64,000 nucleotides of DNA from Spirulina sp. GTDB lineage: Bacteria > Cyanobacteriota > Cyanobacteriia > Phormidesmidales > Phormidesmidaceae. Within the stretch, counting starts at the first letter, position 1. Each line of letters opens with the position of its first letter. Where the stretch lies: the NCBI GenBank assembly GCA_044070495.1, contig JBIPSI010000006.1:96001-160000 (forward strand), read 5' to 3'. Shown one piece after another: positions 49,657-59,748 of this stretch. Below the pieces are notes generated by a model. It was not told where the DNA came from and did not search any database. It was given only the letters and a program-made list of their open reading frames with translations. The translations under genes were made by a program, and so were the position numbers.

Positions 49657-49989
49657 CTAGGCGGCGGTGCGATATTGCTGGAGGGCCACACGCACCTGAG
49701 CAATTTCCGCCCGCAGCGTATCGATGGTGGCCTGGAGATCCTCAGGTTCTCCAGCGGCTGTTCCACCAGAAAAGGGGCTAGCGGGATCCGTTCCAGCACT
49801 GGCGGCGGCTTCCGCCTGTTGGGCGCGGGCCATCACTTCTTCGGTAAACTGCCGCAGGGCTTCCCGTTGTTCAGCGTCAAACTGCCCTAACCAACTCAAC
49901 GAGTCGGTGAGCAAACGCTCGGTGCGGTCGTTAATAACCTCGGCTAGGGCGCGACCCACAAAAAAAGCATGAAGCACCGGGTTGCTCAT
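49657..49989 (-). CDS. Conserved cyanobacterial protein (DUF6825-like)
   Basis: AFFVGRALAE..FDAEQRE.LRQF.EEV..DLQATID.LRAEIA; directly upstream of the ABC1 kinase. Confidence 0.75.
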   Translation of the reverse strand: MSNPVLHAFFVGRALAEVINDRTERLLTDSLSWLGQFDAEQREALRQFTEEVMARAQQAEAAASAGTDPASPFSGGTAAGEPEDLQATIDTLRAEIAQVRVALQQYRTAA

Positions 49990-50062
49990 AACTAAAACCT
50001 CGTACCAATCCCAACTGTTTAGAATTATAACGCCCTTATTCCCCTGCGCAGGCAACACCCAC

Positions 50063-51628
50063 CTAGCTGGAGGTCAGCGGGGCGGGTGGGGCAGGGGCGG
50101 GGGCTAAGGGGGGCGGTGGTGCTACGGCATCTGGGGCCGGTGGAGCCACGGGGGCAGGGGCGGAAGGGGGCGCGGGGGCGGGATCGGGGCTGCTCTGAAT
50201 GGGGGCGGGAGTTGAATCCTGATCGGCCTCTCGAGGAACAACGGGCAGGTCTGAATCGACCGTTGGCGCTGGCTTTGCTGGCACGTCGGGGATGTCATTA
50301 TTTCGGAATTCATCCCTCTCCTCACCCATCGCCGGGGAAACGGGGTCGGGGGCCAGGAGGGGATCCTGGGGACGAACGACGGGATCTGGCGTAGGGGCGG
50401 TGGGAGCTACCCTATCGAGGGTCTGCGAAGGTCGAAGCTGGGGGCTGGCTGGGGACTCTGGGGATGGGTTAAGGCGGTCGCCAAGGCGAGAGCGCCGCCC
50501 TTCGACGGTGGGATTGTCGAACCCTGGGCTGGTGCTATTCCAGTTGGGCAGCGGCGGAAAGGCTTGGTTAGGGTTAAAGCGGGTTTGGGCGGCGGGGCTG
50601 GCGGGGTGGAGACGAGCCTGGAGACCAAAGGCGATTCCCCCTACCCCAAACACTAAGCCTGTGGCCAAAAGAGCCCAGGTGATTCTAGGCCCTCGTTGCC
50701 TGGCCTGGGGCTGACTTGGCCCAGGGATGACCGGGTTGGAAGACTGGAGAGGTCGATCCACCGTAGCCACTGCAACCCTAGTCGCCACAGCCATAGTACT
50801 CTCCGCCTGTACAGGATGGTTTGGGGCTGTGGTGTTAGAGAAGGGGCGCGGGGATGGGCGCGTTGACTCTGAAACCCGATGAGCGACCCCATCCGCCACC
50901 GGGAGACTGGCGGGCTGGGGCAACAGCGCTAACCACTGGTCGAGCTTGGGGGGGTGGGCTGGGGAGGTTCGCTCCCACTGAAACAGCGCATCGAGGCTGG
51001 TGGGTAGTTCTGGCCGCCGATAGCGGAGGTCAACGGCGAGGGGGGCTTGGGCGGCCCGCTGCCCCGTTAACAGGAAATATAGAAGCTCGGTCAGCCCCCG
51101 CACGATCTCCGCCTCATCCCCCGCAGCCTCTAGCCGGGATGAGGGAAAGTCAAATCCGGTCAGGGTCAGCGATCCCCCTGGGCCTTGCCACACCTGATCC
51201 GGAGTAATTCGTAGGCCAGCCCAGCCCAAGGGCCGCAGGGTTTGGAGCGCCTGGGCCAGCGTTTGGATAATCGTCAGACTAGGGGCTAGGGGGCGAGGAC
51301 TTTGCGGTGTAATGCTTTGGCTAAGGGGTGAACCTTGAGGCAGGGAAAAGGTTTGGTAGCAAACCCGATCTTCCTCAAAGCCTCGCAGGTTTTTGGGAAT
51401 AAACGCCTGATCAATCTGGTTGAGGGTATCTAGGGATTGGTAAAAGGCATCGCGCTGGGCCGAGTCCGGCAGTGCCTCCGGGTGGCGACTGCCCAACACC
51501 CGCACCAAGACCCACTGACCACTGGGCACATGGGTGGCCAGGTATAGCGGCCCAATGCTGTCTTCCCCGTGGAGGGCATCAATCACGTAGGTGCCGTTCT
51601 GGAGCGCTGTACCAAGGGCTAGGGTCAT
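50063..51628 (-). CDS. Ser/Thr kinase-like membrane protein (probable pseudokinase) with Pro-rich tail
   Basis: GTALQNGTYVID..YLATH N-lobe and LYFLLTG, but catalytic motifs replaced; one TM; Pro-rich C-terminus. Confidence 0.7.
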   Translation of the reverse strand: MTLALGTALQNGTYVIDALHGEDSIGPLYLATHVPSGQWVLVRVLGSRHPEALPDSAQRDAFYQSLDTLNQIDQAFIPKNLRGFEEDRVCYQTFSLPQGSPLSQSITPQSPRPLAPSLTIIQTLAQALQTLRPLGWAGLRITPDQVWQGPGGSLTLTGFDFPSSRLEAAGDEAEIVRGLTELLYFLLTGQRAAQAPLAVDLRYRRPELPTSLDALFQWERTSPAHPPKLDQWLALLPQPASLPVADGVAHRVSESTRPSPRPFSNTTAPNHPVQAESTMAVATRVAVATVDRPLQSSNPVIPGPSQPQARQRGPRITWALLATGLVFGVGGIAFGLQARLHPASPAAQTRFNPNQAFPPLPNWNSTSPGFDNPTVEGRRSRLGDRLNPSPESPASPQLRPSQTLDRVAPTAPTPDPVVRPQDPLLAPDPVSPAMGEERDEFRNNDIPDVPAKPAPTVDSDLPVVPREADQDSTPAPIQSSPDPAPAPPSAPAPVAPPAPDAVAPPPPLAPAPAPPAPLTSS

Positions 51629-51663
51629 AGGGTTCGTTCGGGGACATATCCCCAGGTGCTGAG

Positions 51664-54600
51664 CTAGGGTAAATTCTTTGCTACTTTAACCTGTCCTACG
51701 TCCTTCTGGGGCGGGGGCGAGGACAGTGGATAGTGCTGGGCCAGAAATTGCTGGGCCTCCTCCAGGGTGAGGATTTTTCCGTCTAACTGGGCGGCTAGCA
51801 GGGCCGCCAGCATGGGGCTAAATTGGCGACCGGGTTTATAGCCCAACGCCTTTAAGGTATCGCCATTAACCAAAGGTTCCACCGTGCGATCTTGGGTGAG
51901 GTAGCGCCAAATCACCGGGCCAAGGGTGCGGGGATGGCGGGCACTCACTAATAGCAACGTAGCGAGATCCACCGAGGCAAAGGTGGTATACCGCTGGCTA
52001 GGGCGCAGGGGTGGGATTATCGTCGCCAGCCATTTCGTTTCCAGATCGTCCAGGTGGGCCAGTCGCTGAATGCTGGTCTCTGTTAGTTGTAGGGCGGCGG
52101 CAATGTCATGACGCTGACCGGGGGACAGGGTGGCCAGCAGCACCTCCAGCCTGAGCTGCCATGGGCTACAGCGTTCCGTCCAATCAAACCGATCCAGCCA
52201 GCGACTCACCCGCCGCAACTGGTGCCACAGGGTCGGCGTCATCGCCAAATCGCTGTGGATGCAGCGCAAAGCCCGCAATCGATCCAGCAATTCCAGCGCC
52301 CCCGGCCAGTAGTGGGCCTCTAGGATGTACTTCAACTCATTTTTAAGGCGCACTTGCAGAGCAGGCACCCGTTTCACCTGGCGCTGCATCTGGGCATAGA
52401 CGCCGCTGTCAATCGCGTGGTGAATGTAGCCCTCGGTCTGGCTATCCAGGCTGAATCCTAGGCGCACCGCAAATCGCACCGCTCGGTAAATGCGGGTGGG
52501 GTCTTCGATAAAACTATTGGGATGCAGCACCCGCACCTGGCGATTGCGCAGGTCAATCAGCCCACCGAAATAATCCAGCAGTTGCCCTTGGCCAGGATTC
52601 GTCAGCCGCAGGGCCATGGCGTTAATAGTGAAATCCCGACGGTAGAGATCCTGCTGAATGGAGCTGGCCTCCACTTCAGGGTTAGCAGCCGGATAGGGGT
52701 AGAACTCGGTGCGGGCGGTGGCAATGTCGATCATCAGCCCCGCCAGGGGATGCTCCAACTCCCTCCGCCACACCAAGGATGCCGTTTGAAACCGACCATG
52801 CACCTGAATATCGACCTCCGGGAATTGGGCCTTGATCTGCTCCGCCAGCACCATGCCAGCCCCCACCTGGGCGGTTTTGTAAAACCCATCCACCACCAGA
52901 TCCAAATCGGGCAGGCTCACCCCTTCGGTCGCCGGAACCGTATCCCGCTGAATCAGCAAATCCCGCACCGCACCGCCCACTAGATAGAGATGCCAGCCCC
53001 GATCCTGGGCCGCTGTGGAAATCTGGGTGAGGATCTCCCACAGGCTTGGTTTCAGGCGTTGCGCCAAAACCTCTGTCAGTGGGGGCACTGGGGGCAGTTG
53101 CGGCTGGCCGGGGGTGGGCCGGGGCGATCCCGTCATCCGCTGCACCTGATGTAGGTGGCGCAACAGATCGGTACGGGTGACGATGCCCACCAGCGCCCTA
53201 TCCTGCAACACGGGCAAGCGGCCAATGTCGTAGGTCACCATCAATTCCTCAATTTCGCTGAGGGAGGTTTCTGGGGTGATGGTCTTGAGATTGGTGGCCA
53301 TGTAGCCCTTCACCGGGGCGTGGCTGAAGCCGTGGTGCAGGGCAATATCCAAATCTCGCCGCGAAATCACCCCCACCAGGGCATCCGCCGCATCCACCAC
53401 CGACAGCCCCGAATGGCCGTAGCGCAGCAAAATCCGCTGGGCCTCGCCAATGGTGGTTTCGGGCCGAATCGTCCGCACCGGAGAAGACATCAAATCGCGG
53501 GCGGTGGGCGGCTTCGGGAACTGCAAGCGGGCCTGATCCAACACCTTGGCCATCACCTGCTCCGGCGCATCCGTGGTGAGATTGGCCGAAGCCGCCGTGG
53601 GGTGTCCGCCACCGCCAATCGGTTTAAACAGTGATCCCCAGTCAATGCCCTGTCCCGGTTCCTGACCAAGCCCCTGATTCATCCTAGATTCGGCTGGTTT
53701 GCCCCCGCTATCAGTGGGCGAGGAGACCTCGCCCCTACGGTTGGTTGGGTTGGGAATCGGGGTTTTCCAATTCGGATTGGGTATCCGTGATTGATCAATG
53801 CCAAGCCCTTGGTCATGGCCCTGATCCGATTTAAGATCCTGTTTCAAAGCGTGCTTAAGGCTCACCTGTCCTTGGGCACGACCAATTAATAGAAGCTTAC
53901 GCAACGGCGTTTCGCCATCGGAGCCAAGTTCCTTGCCGGGATAGTGCGCCCCAAACAGCAGGGCATCCACATCGGCCAGGGAAATCAGCCGTTCCGCCAC
54001 CCCCGACAAGCCTGGAATATAGCGATCCACCGTCAGCAGCACCGAGGCTAGGGTACTGCCCTGGATGTCCACGACAACCATTCGCTCCATCGCCGCCGTC
54101 AGCAGGTCTTGCAAGTTCGGAGTTAGGCCCGGTTCCACAAACTCCGCAATCACGGGCACACTCGCCCCCTGGGCCATCAGCCAAGCTAGGGCTTCTGCAT
54201 CCCGCACCGTGGCCGTTTCAAACAGCAGCGACCCCGTATCCACATGGACGCCCAGGGCCATCACCGTCGCCTCCGCCACCGTGGGCACAATGCCCTGCCG
54301 CTGCATCGCCTCCACCACCAGGGTGCTGGCTGAACCGACGGTTTCAATCACTGTTTTGTCAGCAGGAACGGCCTTCTCCGTGGCGGGATGGTGGTCATAA
54401 ATCGTAATGGGAATGTGGCGAGACAGAGCCAGATCAATCCACTCCGCCGCAGGGCCAAACCGATGGGGCAACTGGGCATCCACCAGGGTCAGAGAACGAA
54501 TTTGATTTGGGTTTACCGCCCGTCGCTCAATCAGGGGATATTCATCCCGATGCAGGGCCACAAACCGCTGTACCGTGGGATGACAGCCCCCCGTCAGCAC

Positions 54601-54690
54601 CACCCGCGCCCCCGGTTGCAGCCGCGCCAACCCCACGGCGGCCCCCAGGGTGTCAAAATCGGCGGTGGTGTGGCATAGCACTAAGTCCAT
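51664..54690 (-). CDS. DHH-CBS-tRNA nucleotidyltransferase (probably the A-adding enzyme)
   Basis: CHTTADFD, YDHH, GGGH, two CBS domains, VGGAVRD, DLDLVV, DLYRRDFTINAMA, EDPTRIYR. Confidence 0.92.
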   Translation of the reverse strand: MDLVLCHTTADFDTLGAAVGLARLQPGARVVLTGGCHPTVQRFVALHRDEYPLIERRAVNPNQIRSLTLVDAQLPHRFGPAAEWIDLALSRHIPITIYDHHPATEKAVPADKTVIETVGSASTLVVEAMQRQGIVPTVAEATVMALGVHVDTGSLLFETATVRDAEALAWLMAQGASVPVIAEFVEPGLTPNLQDLLTAAMERMVVVDIQGSTLASVLLTVDRYIPGLSGVAERLISLADVDALLFGAHYPGKELGSDGETPLRKLLLIGRAQGQVSLKHALKQDLKSDQGHDQGLGIDQSRIPNPNWKTPIPNPTNRRGEVSSPTDSGGKPAESRMNQGLGQEPGQGIDWGSLFKPIGGGGHPTAASANLTTDAPEQVMAKVLDQARLQFPKPPTARDLMSSPVRTIRPETTIGEAQRILLRYGHSGLSVVDAADALVGVISRRDLDIALHHGFSHAPVKGYMATNLKTITPETSLSEIEELMVTYDIGRLPVLQDRALVGIVTRTDLLRHLHQVQRMTGSPRPTPGQPQLPPVPPLTEVLAQRLKPSLWEILTQISTAAQDRGWHLYLVGGAVRDLLIQRDTVPATEGVSLPDLDLVVDGFYKTAQVGAGMVLAEQIKAQFPEVDIQVHGRFQTASLVWRRELEHPLAGLMIDIATARTEFYPYPAANPEVEASSIQQDLYRRDFTINAMALRLTNPGQGQLLDYFGGLIDLRNRQVRVLHPNSFIEDPTRIYRAVRFAVRLGFSLDSQTEGYIHHAIDSGVYAQMQRQVKRVPALQVRLKNELKYILEAHYWPGALELLDRLRALRCIHSDLAMTPTLWHQLRRVSRWLDRFDWTERCSPWQLRLEVLLATLSPGQRHDIAAALQLTETSIQRLAHLDDLETKWLATIIPPLRPSQRYTTFASVDLATLLLVSARHPRTLGPVIWRYLTQDRTVEPLVNGDTLKALGYKPGRQFSPMLAALLAAQLDGKILTLEEAQQFLAQHYPLSSPPPQKDVGQVKVAKNLP

Positions 54691-54978
54691 ATCGGTTTCC
54701 CAAGGGACACGCTTTCTGATAGCTTACTAATTGAGATCACTGTGGCAACTTGCCTTGCCCTACTCAAGGTTAGAGGGTTTCAGCCCATTGCTTTGCTCCG
54801 GTTTTGCTGTCGCCGCCCAGCTTGGTCGAGGGCAGCGGTCTAAACTGGAACCTGTGGCGCTCAATCCTTCCCTAAAGGCGCTTCCCAGGGTAAACCAGCT
54901 TAGCTGGAAGAATTAGGGGCGCTGGCTTGAGGGCGTGGTGTCTTAAATCCCCTGCTGTGTTTAAGAGAGAGATTTTAG

Positions 54979-55167
54979 ATGGTCATCCTGTTTCAGCTTG
55001 CCCTATTCGCCCTGGTTCTGATGTCCTTCGTGCTGGTGGTGTACGTCCCTGTGGCCTACGCCTCTCCCCAAAACTGGGATCAGTCTAAAAAGCTCATTCT
55101 GTTCGGCTCGATCATCTGGGGCGTGCTGGTGGTTTTGGTCGGTGGCCTCAACTACTTCGTGGTCTAA
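54979..55167 (+). CDS. psbZ: Photosystem II reaction center protein Z
   Basis: 62 aa, two TMs, [16 protein letters not shown]; followed by ribH. Confidence 0.96.
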   Translation: MVILFQLALFALVLMSFVLVVYVPVAYASPQNWDQSKKLILFGSIIWGVLVVLVGGLNYFVV

Positions 55168-55194
55168 GCCCAATGGCCTGACACGCTTTTCACA

Positions 55195-55279
55195 TAGGTT
55201 GGGTGCAGCGAAGCGAAACCCAACACCCGCCGAGAACTTAGGGCTTGTTGGGTTCTGCTAACGCGCCACCCAACCTACG
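55195..55279. repeat. Inverted REP doublet (REPIN-like)
   Basis: TAGGTTGGGT-GCAGCGAAGCGAA-ACCCAAC, spacer, GTTGGGT-TCTGCTAACGCGCC-ACCCAACCTACG. Confidence 0.75.
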
Positions 55280-55357
55280 CAATACCAAGTTTTTTTCGGA
55301 GTAGTGTCAGTTAGTCAAGGTCTAAGCCCTTTCAAGAAACATAGTTCAAGGATTTTC

Positions 55358-55927
55358 ATGGCGGTATTTGAAGGCACCTTTGCAGCGGCAGACTCGTTTC
55401 GGTTCGCCATTGTGATTGGGCGATTTAACGATCTGGTGACGGGTAAGCTGCTGGCGGGGTGCCAAGACTGCCTCAAGCGCCATGGCGTAGACCCCAGTCC
55501 TGAGGGCAATCAGGTGGATTACGCCTGGGTTCCCGGCAGCTTCGAGATTCCCCTCGTTGCCCGTCAGCTCGCCTTGAGCGGACGCTACGACGCCATCATC
55601 TGTCTGGGGGCGGTCATTCGGGGCCAAACTCCCCATTTTGACTACGTTTCCGCAGAGGTGTCTAAGGGCATTGCGGCGGCGGGCTTCCAAACCGGGGTGC
55701 CCATCGTCTTTGGCGTCCTTACTACCGACACCCTCCAGCAGGCCCTAGAGCGGGCAGGCATCAAGGCCAACCACGGTTGGGACTATGCCATGAGCGCCCT
55801 CGAAATGGCCAGCCTGATGAAGCAAATTCGTCGGGTCTCTGGCACAGGGACTTCTGGAGCCATGCTCCCTGGCCATGGGGGCACCGTCGTCGAAGCCAGC
55901 TCGACCATGATCTCCGACGCCGTTTAG
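55358..55927 (+). CDS. ribH: 6,7-dimethyl-8-ribityllumazine synthase
   Basis: [39 protein letters not shown]. Confidence 0.97.
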   Translation: MAVFEGTFAAADSFRFAIVIGRFNDLVTGKLLAGCQDCLKRHGVDPSPEGNQVDYAWVPGSFEIPLVARQLALSGRYDAIICLGAVIRGQTPHFDYVSAEVSKGIAAAGFQTGVPIVFGVLTTDTLQQALERAGIKANHGWDYAMSALEMASLMKQIRRVSGTGTSGAMLPGHGGTVVEASSTMISDAV

Positions 55928-56043
55928 GCGACTTCAAGAAAAAATCTCAAAAGGTATTGACATTTACGTTACTTTTTGAGATTCTAGGTAAGGTCAAAAC
56001 CGAAACACTTAAGAAATTCTTAACAACTGCTTCGGTTTTACAT

Positions 56044-56115
56044 GCGGGTATAGCTCAGCGGTAGAGCGTCACCTTGCCAAGGTGAATGTCGCGCGTTCGA
56101 ATCGCGTTACCCGCT
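56044..56115 (+). tRNA. trnG: tRNA-Gly(GCC), CCA not encoded
   Basis: GCGGGTA/TACCCGC acceptor stem, D-arm GCTC..GAGC, anticodon arm TCACC-TTGCCAA-GGTGA, T-loop GTTCGAATC. Confidence 0.97.
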
Positions 56116-56323
56116 TATTAAAACAATAAGGAAATCTCTGGAAAACGTCCTCCCTCTCATGGTGGCCAGTGCCCACCCCACGGTGGCTGTAGTCCCCGTT
56201 TAAAGCAGGGATCTTCTTTCCTAGAAATCTCCTAACCCATGTCGCTCACGCCGCTCCCCACCACGAAGATGTGGCCCTAGGGGCTTGGCTGGTTCCGTCA
56301 AAATCTTCTTAAAATTGGCTCAT

Positions 56324-57103
56324 TCACCGATATCCTGCCATTTTTAGGATTTCCTCTAGCCAGGACTGCATCTCAGGGGAGAGGGCGGGTACAGGATCGG
56401 CATGATAGTCGAGAATCACCGACAGGCCGGATCGATCCAGCACGGTTTGTAAGAGGTGATCTAGGTTGACGACGGGTTCGCCATGGCCCGGTTTGAGGGG
56501 CACAGCAAAGGGAGGAATGGGGTCTGTCAGGTTAAAGGGATACAGTTCGGCCTGGGGCCGCCGTTCCTGCCGACTGACCACCAGGCGATAGTCGCTGTTG
56601 CCTCCGGCCCCTGCCATGGGCATGGCGGCCCCGCTGCGGAGTAAATCAATTTCGACTAAATGAGTATGGCTACCTAGCACTAAATCACGCTTTTGCAGAT
56701 AAGATTCTCGGCCTCGCCCTGGCCGCTTGTTGGCGGGGGAAAGCACCTCAATCACCGTCACCACCGTTTGGGTGGCCACCTCGCGCACCTCTAGATAGCC
56801 TTCCTGCACCTCAATGGGCATGGGCAACATCACCGCTATGGGCTGCGCCACGGGGGCCAACCTTGCCGTAGAAAACGCCCTTGGCATCGCTCGTGCCGCC
56901 GTCACCGACACATCGGGAATGCCGATCAGCAGGGCATCATCGCCACTGAGCTGGTAGACCCGTTTTTCAATGGCGACTCGGTAGGTGGGGAGTAACTGGG
57001 GGTTGAGGGTTTCGGCCAGTAGACTAATCAGCAGATGGTGAACCTCTGGCCACAGGTCAGGGTTTTCTAGGTAGGGGTTCATCCCCGGAAATGGCAGCGG
57101 CAT
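56324..57103 (-). CDS. DUF4058 family protein (PD-(D/E)xK-like)
   Basis: MPLPFPGMNPYLE, IPDV, IEVLSPANK, HLVEIDLLR. Confidence 0.88.
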   Translation of the reverse strand: MPLPFPGMNPYLENPDLWPEVHHLLISLLAETLNPQLLPTYRVAIEKRVYQLSGDDALLIGIPDVSVTAARAMPRAFSTARLAPVAQPIAVMLPMPIEVQEGYLEVREVATQTVVTVIEVLSPANKRPGRGRESYLQKRDLVLGSHTHLVEIDLLRSGAAMPMAGAGGNSDYRLVVSRQERRPQAELYPFNLTDPIPPFAVPLKPGHGEPVVNLDHLLQTVLDRSGLSVILDYHADPVPALSPEMQSWLEEILKMAGYR

Positions 57104-57187
57104 GGAACCAAGATCCCTAGCAGTTGCTTTGATTGTAAGGCGAGGATCGGGGGCTAACCTAGCGGTGTTTCAGGACTAGGAATGTGC

Positions 57188-57403
57188 CTAGGCCGAGGCT
57201 AATCGATGGGAGGCATGGTAAGGGCGACATCCGCCTGGGTTTTCGGTGGGCAGGATAAACTCGATGCGTTCCCGTTGCAGGGCAAGGCTGTCTTGCACCC
57301 GGAAGATAAATTCGCCGTAGTCGGCCATGTCGTCCAAATTCAGCAGGGTGAGGACGACTTCGGCAAAGAGCCACATCAGGCCACGGCTGAGTAGATTGTT
57401 CAT
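57188..57403 (-). CDS. Small hypothetical membrane-associated protein
   Basis: GGAGG RBS before ATG; WLFAEVVLTLLNLDDMADYGEFIF looks like a conserved cyanobacterial small protein. Confidence 0.55.
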   Translation of the reverse strand: MNNLLSRGLMWLFAEVVLTLLNLDDMADYGEFIFRVQDSLALQRERIEFILPTENPGGCRPYHASHRLASA

Positions 57404-57630
57404 GACATCCTCCGATCCATCTGGGGTAAGGCGGGGGCAGACGGCCTGGGAATTTCGTATCCGTTCGCTCCGCTGGGTGACGATTGCGCTAGGGCAATGA
57501 TTGAGAACTCTGTAAATAATCTTCACTTATGTTAACGATAAGCAGCAGTCATATCCCATGGGCAAAGGTACGGATGTCTAGGGCGAGTGGATCGGCTTTT
57601 CGCCCCTTGTTACGGAAAATTACGGGACTC

Positions 57631-57798
57631 AGATCCCAGGGTTCTGGTTGGGGAATGCAGGGTTATCGTCGAAGTCTTAAAGAACCCTGGGATCTCTTGC
57701 TGCGCTATGCCTTCAGATCCCAGAGTTCTGGTTGGGGAATGCAGGGTTATCGTCCAAGTCCTAAAGAACCCTGGGATCTCATTTGAACCCTGGGATCT
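57631..57798. repeat. Tandem 65-bp palindromic units AGATCCCAG(G/A)GTTCT-N35-AGAACCCTGGGATCT plus one extra right arm
   Basis: Units 57631-57695 and 57715-57779 (84-bp period), half unit 57785-57798. Confidence 0.85.
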
Positions 57799-57867
57799 CT
57801 TAGGCTTTACGGCCACGTTGCCCCTTAAAATAGGGGCTTGTCCCTTGTTGAGAGTGCAGGTAACCCC

Positions 57868-59310
57868 ATGACTGTCCGTGTTCGCATTGCCCCCAGCCCC
57901 ACCGGGAATCTGCACATTGGTACGGCCCGCACCGCTGTGTTTAACTGGCTGTTTGCCCGCCACGAAGGGGGCCAGTTCATTCTGCGGGTGGAAGACACCG
58001 ACGAGGAACGCTCCAAGCCGGAATTTACCGAGAACATTCTGTCGGGGCTGCGCTGGCTGGGCATGGATTGGGACGAGGGGCCGTTTTTCCAATCCCAGCG
58101 GCTGGATCTCTATCGACAGGCGATTCAAACTCTACTGGATAAGGGCTTAGCCTATCGCGCCTACGACACCCCCGAAGAATTAGACGCCATGCGCGAGGCC
58201 CAGAAGGCCAAGGGACAAGCCCCCCGCTACGACAACCGCCACCGGGATTTGCCCCCAGAACAACAGGCGGCCTTTGAGGCGGAGGGGCGTCCGGCGGTGA
58301 TTCGTTTCAAAATTGACGACAGTCGCACGATTACCTGGAACGACCTGGTGCGCGGCCCCGTCACTTGGCAGGCCAGCGACCTGGGTGGCGATATGGTGGT
58401 GGCGCGGGCCTCTTCGGCGAACACCATCGGTCAGCCCTTGTATAACCTGGCGGTGGTGGTGGATGACATCGACATGGCTATCACCCACGTGATCCGAGGG
58501 GAAGACCACATTGCTAATACGGCGAAGCAGATTTTGCTGTACGAAGCCTTGGGGGCTACGGTGCCCATGTTTTCCCATACGCCGCTGATTTTGAACCAAA
58601 CCGGCCAAAAACTCTCCAAGCGGGATGGGGTCACGTCTATTTCTGATTTTCAGAAGATGGGCTTTGTTGCTCCTGCCCTGGCGAATTATATGACCCTGTT
58701 GGGCTGGTCGGCCCCCGACGCCAACGAGCGCTTCACCCTGGAAGAGGCCGCCAAGTTGTTCAGCTTTGATCGGGTCAACAAGGCCGGGGCCAAGTTCGAC
58801 TGGGACAAGCTGGACTGGCTGAACAGCCAATACCTGCACGACATGGAACCCGCTGCCCTGCTGGATCTGGTGCTGCCCTACTTCCAAGAAGCAGGATACA
58901 CCGTAGATGCCGACGCAGATCGGGACTGGCTGCTGTTGCTGATGGCGATGATTGGCCCTAGTCTGACTCGGTTGACCGATGCCGTGGAGCAAAGCCGCTT
59001 CTTCTTTACCGCCACCCTGCCCTTTGCCGACGATGCCAAGGCCCAGTTGCAGCTTGAAGGCGTGGCCCCGGTGATTCAAGGCATTTTGGACGGTCTGACG
59101 AGTCAAAACCCGGCCAGCCTGGACGACCTGAAAACCCTGGTGAACGAGGTAACCAAGGCCCAGGGGGTGAAAAAGGGTCTGGTGATGAAATCCATGCGGG
59201 CCGCGTTGATGGGTGCCCTGCAAGGCCCAGATTTGATGGAATCCTGGGCGATTTTGCGCCAGCGTGGGTTTGATGTAGATCGTCTCAAGGAAGCTCTGAC
59301 GCTAGTTTAG
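57868..59310 (+). CDS. gltX: Glutamate--tRNA ligase
   Basis: [31 protein letters not shown]. Confidence 0.98.
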   Translation: MTVRVRIAPSPTGNLHIGTARTAVFNWLFARHEGGQFILRVEDTDEERSKPEFTENILSGLRWLGMDWDEGPFFQSQRLDLYRQAIQTLLDKGLAYRAYDTPEELDAMREAQKAKGQAPRYDNRHRDLPPEQQAAFEAEGRPAVIRFKIDDSRTITWNDLVRGPVTWQASDLGGDMVVARASSANTIGQPLYNLAVVVDDIDMAITHVIRGEDHIANTAKQILLYEALGATVPMFSHTPLILNQTGQKLSKRDGVTSISDFQKMGFVAPALANYMTLLGWSAPDANERFTLEEAAKLFSFDRVNKAGAKFDWDKLDWLNSQYLHDMEPAALLDLVLPYFQEAGYTVDADADRDWLLLLMAMIGPSLTRLTDAVEQSRFFFTATLPFADDAKAQLQLEGVAPVIQGILDGLTSQNPASLDDLKTLVNEVTKAQGVKKGLVMKSMRAALMGALQGPDLMESWAILRQRGFDVDRLKEALTLV

Positions 59311-59748
59311 CCATGGATAACATGGATAAACAGGGGTTTGGCGTTGCTGAAGAATCCTAGAAGAGCGCGGCAATTCTGAAGAGATTCAACCTGTACCGTG
59401 TTTAATTCACACGCTGATTGAGGAAAGTCAGGCATTTCAAACGCCAGTACCGTAGGGATTGTCTACGTGAATTCACATGGTAATGGCCGTTCTAGGGTGC
59501 TTGCGCCTATGGCAATTTGCGGATTCTAACGATAGCCATACCGAGAAAACACAGCCATGCTAGGGGCAGCCCTGGTTAGTTAACACAAGATTCTGCACCG
59601 GGGGCGGCAACCGCGCTCCTAAAGTACCTAGGGATCCTGTGGGGACAGGTCTTCTGGCCTTCGGATCGATCTAGGTTTTAGCAAGTTTTGTCAGTTAGCC
59701 AGGAAGAAGACTGAGCCTGTTTATCTTTAGAAATCCAAAAATCACACC

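Noticed and set aside
56044..57103. tRNA-Gly as an integration site for a genomic island
   Set aside because: No integrase nearby and no duplicated tRNA 3' end seen in the window
57631..57798. Possible mini-CRISPR array (also 22909-23064)
   Set aside because: Units are inverted arm pairs with near-identical loops rather than unique spacers, and no cas genes are present
58180..59223. 347-aa antisense ORF inside gltX, and similar long shadow ORFs in typA, amt, prs, pilB and the nucleotidyltransferase
   Set aside because: Expected from GC-rich codon bias on the opposite strand; no protein motifs
59312..59330. CATGGATAA direct repeat after gltX, and AGTCCAGCAAAAAAAC x2 at 9304-9335
   Set aside because: Short local slippage duplications with no further structure
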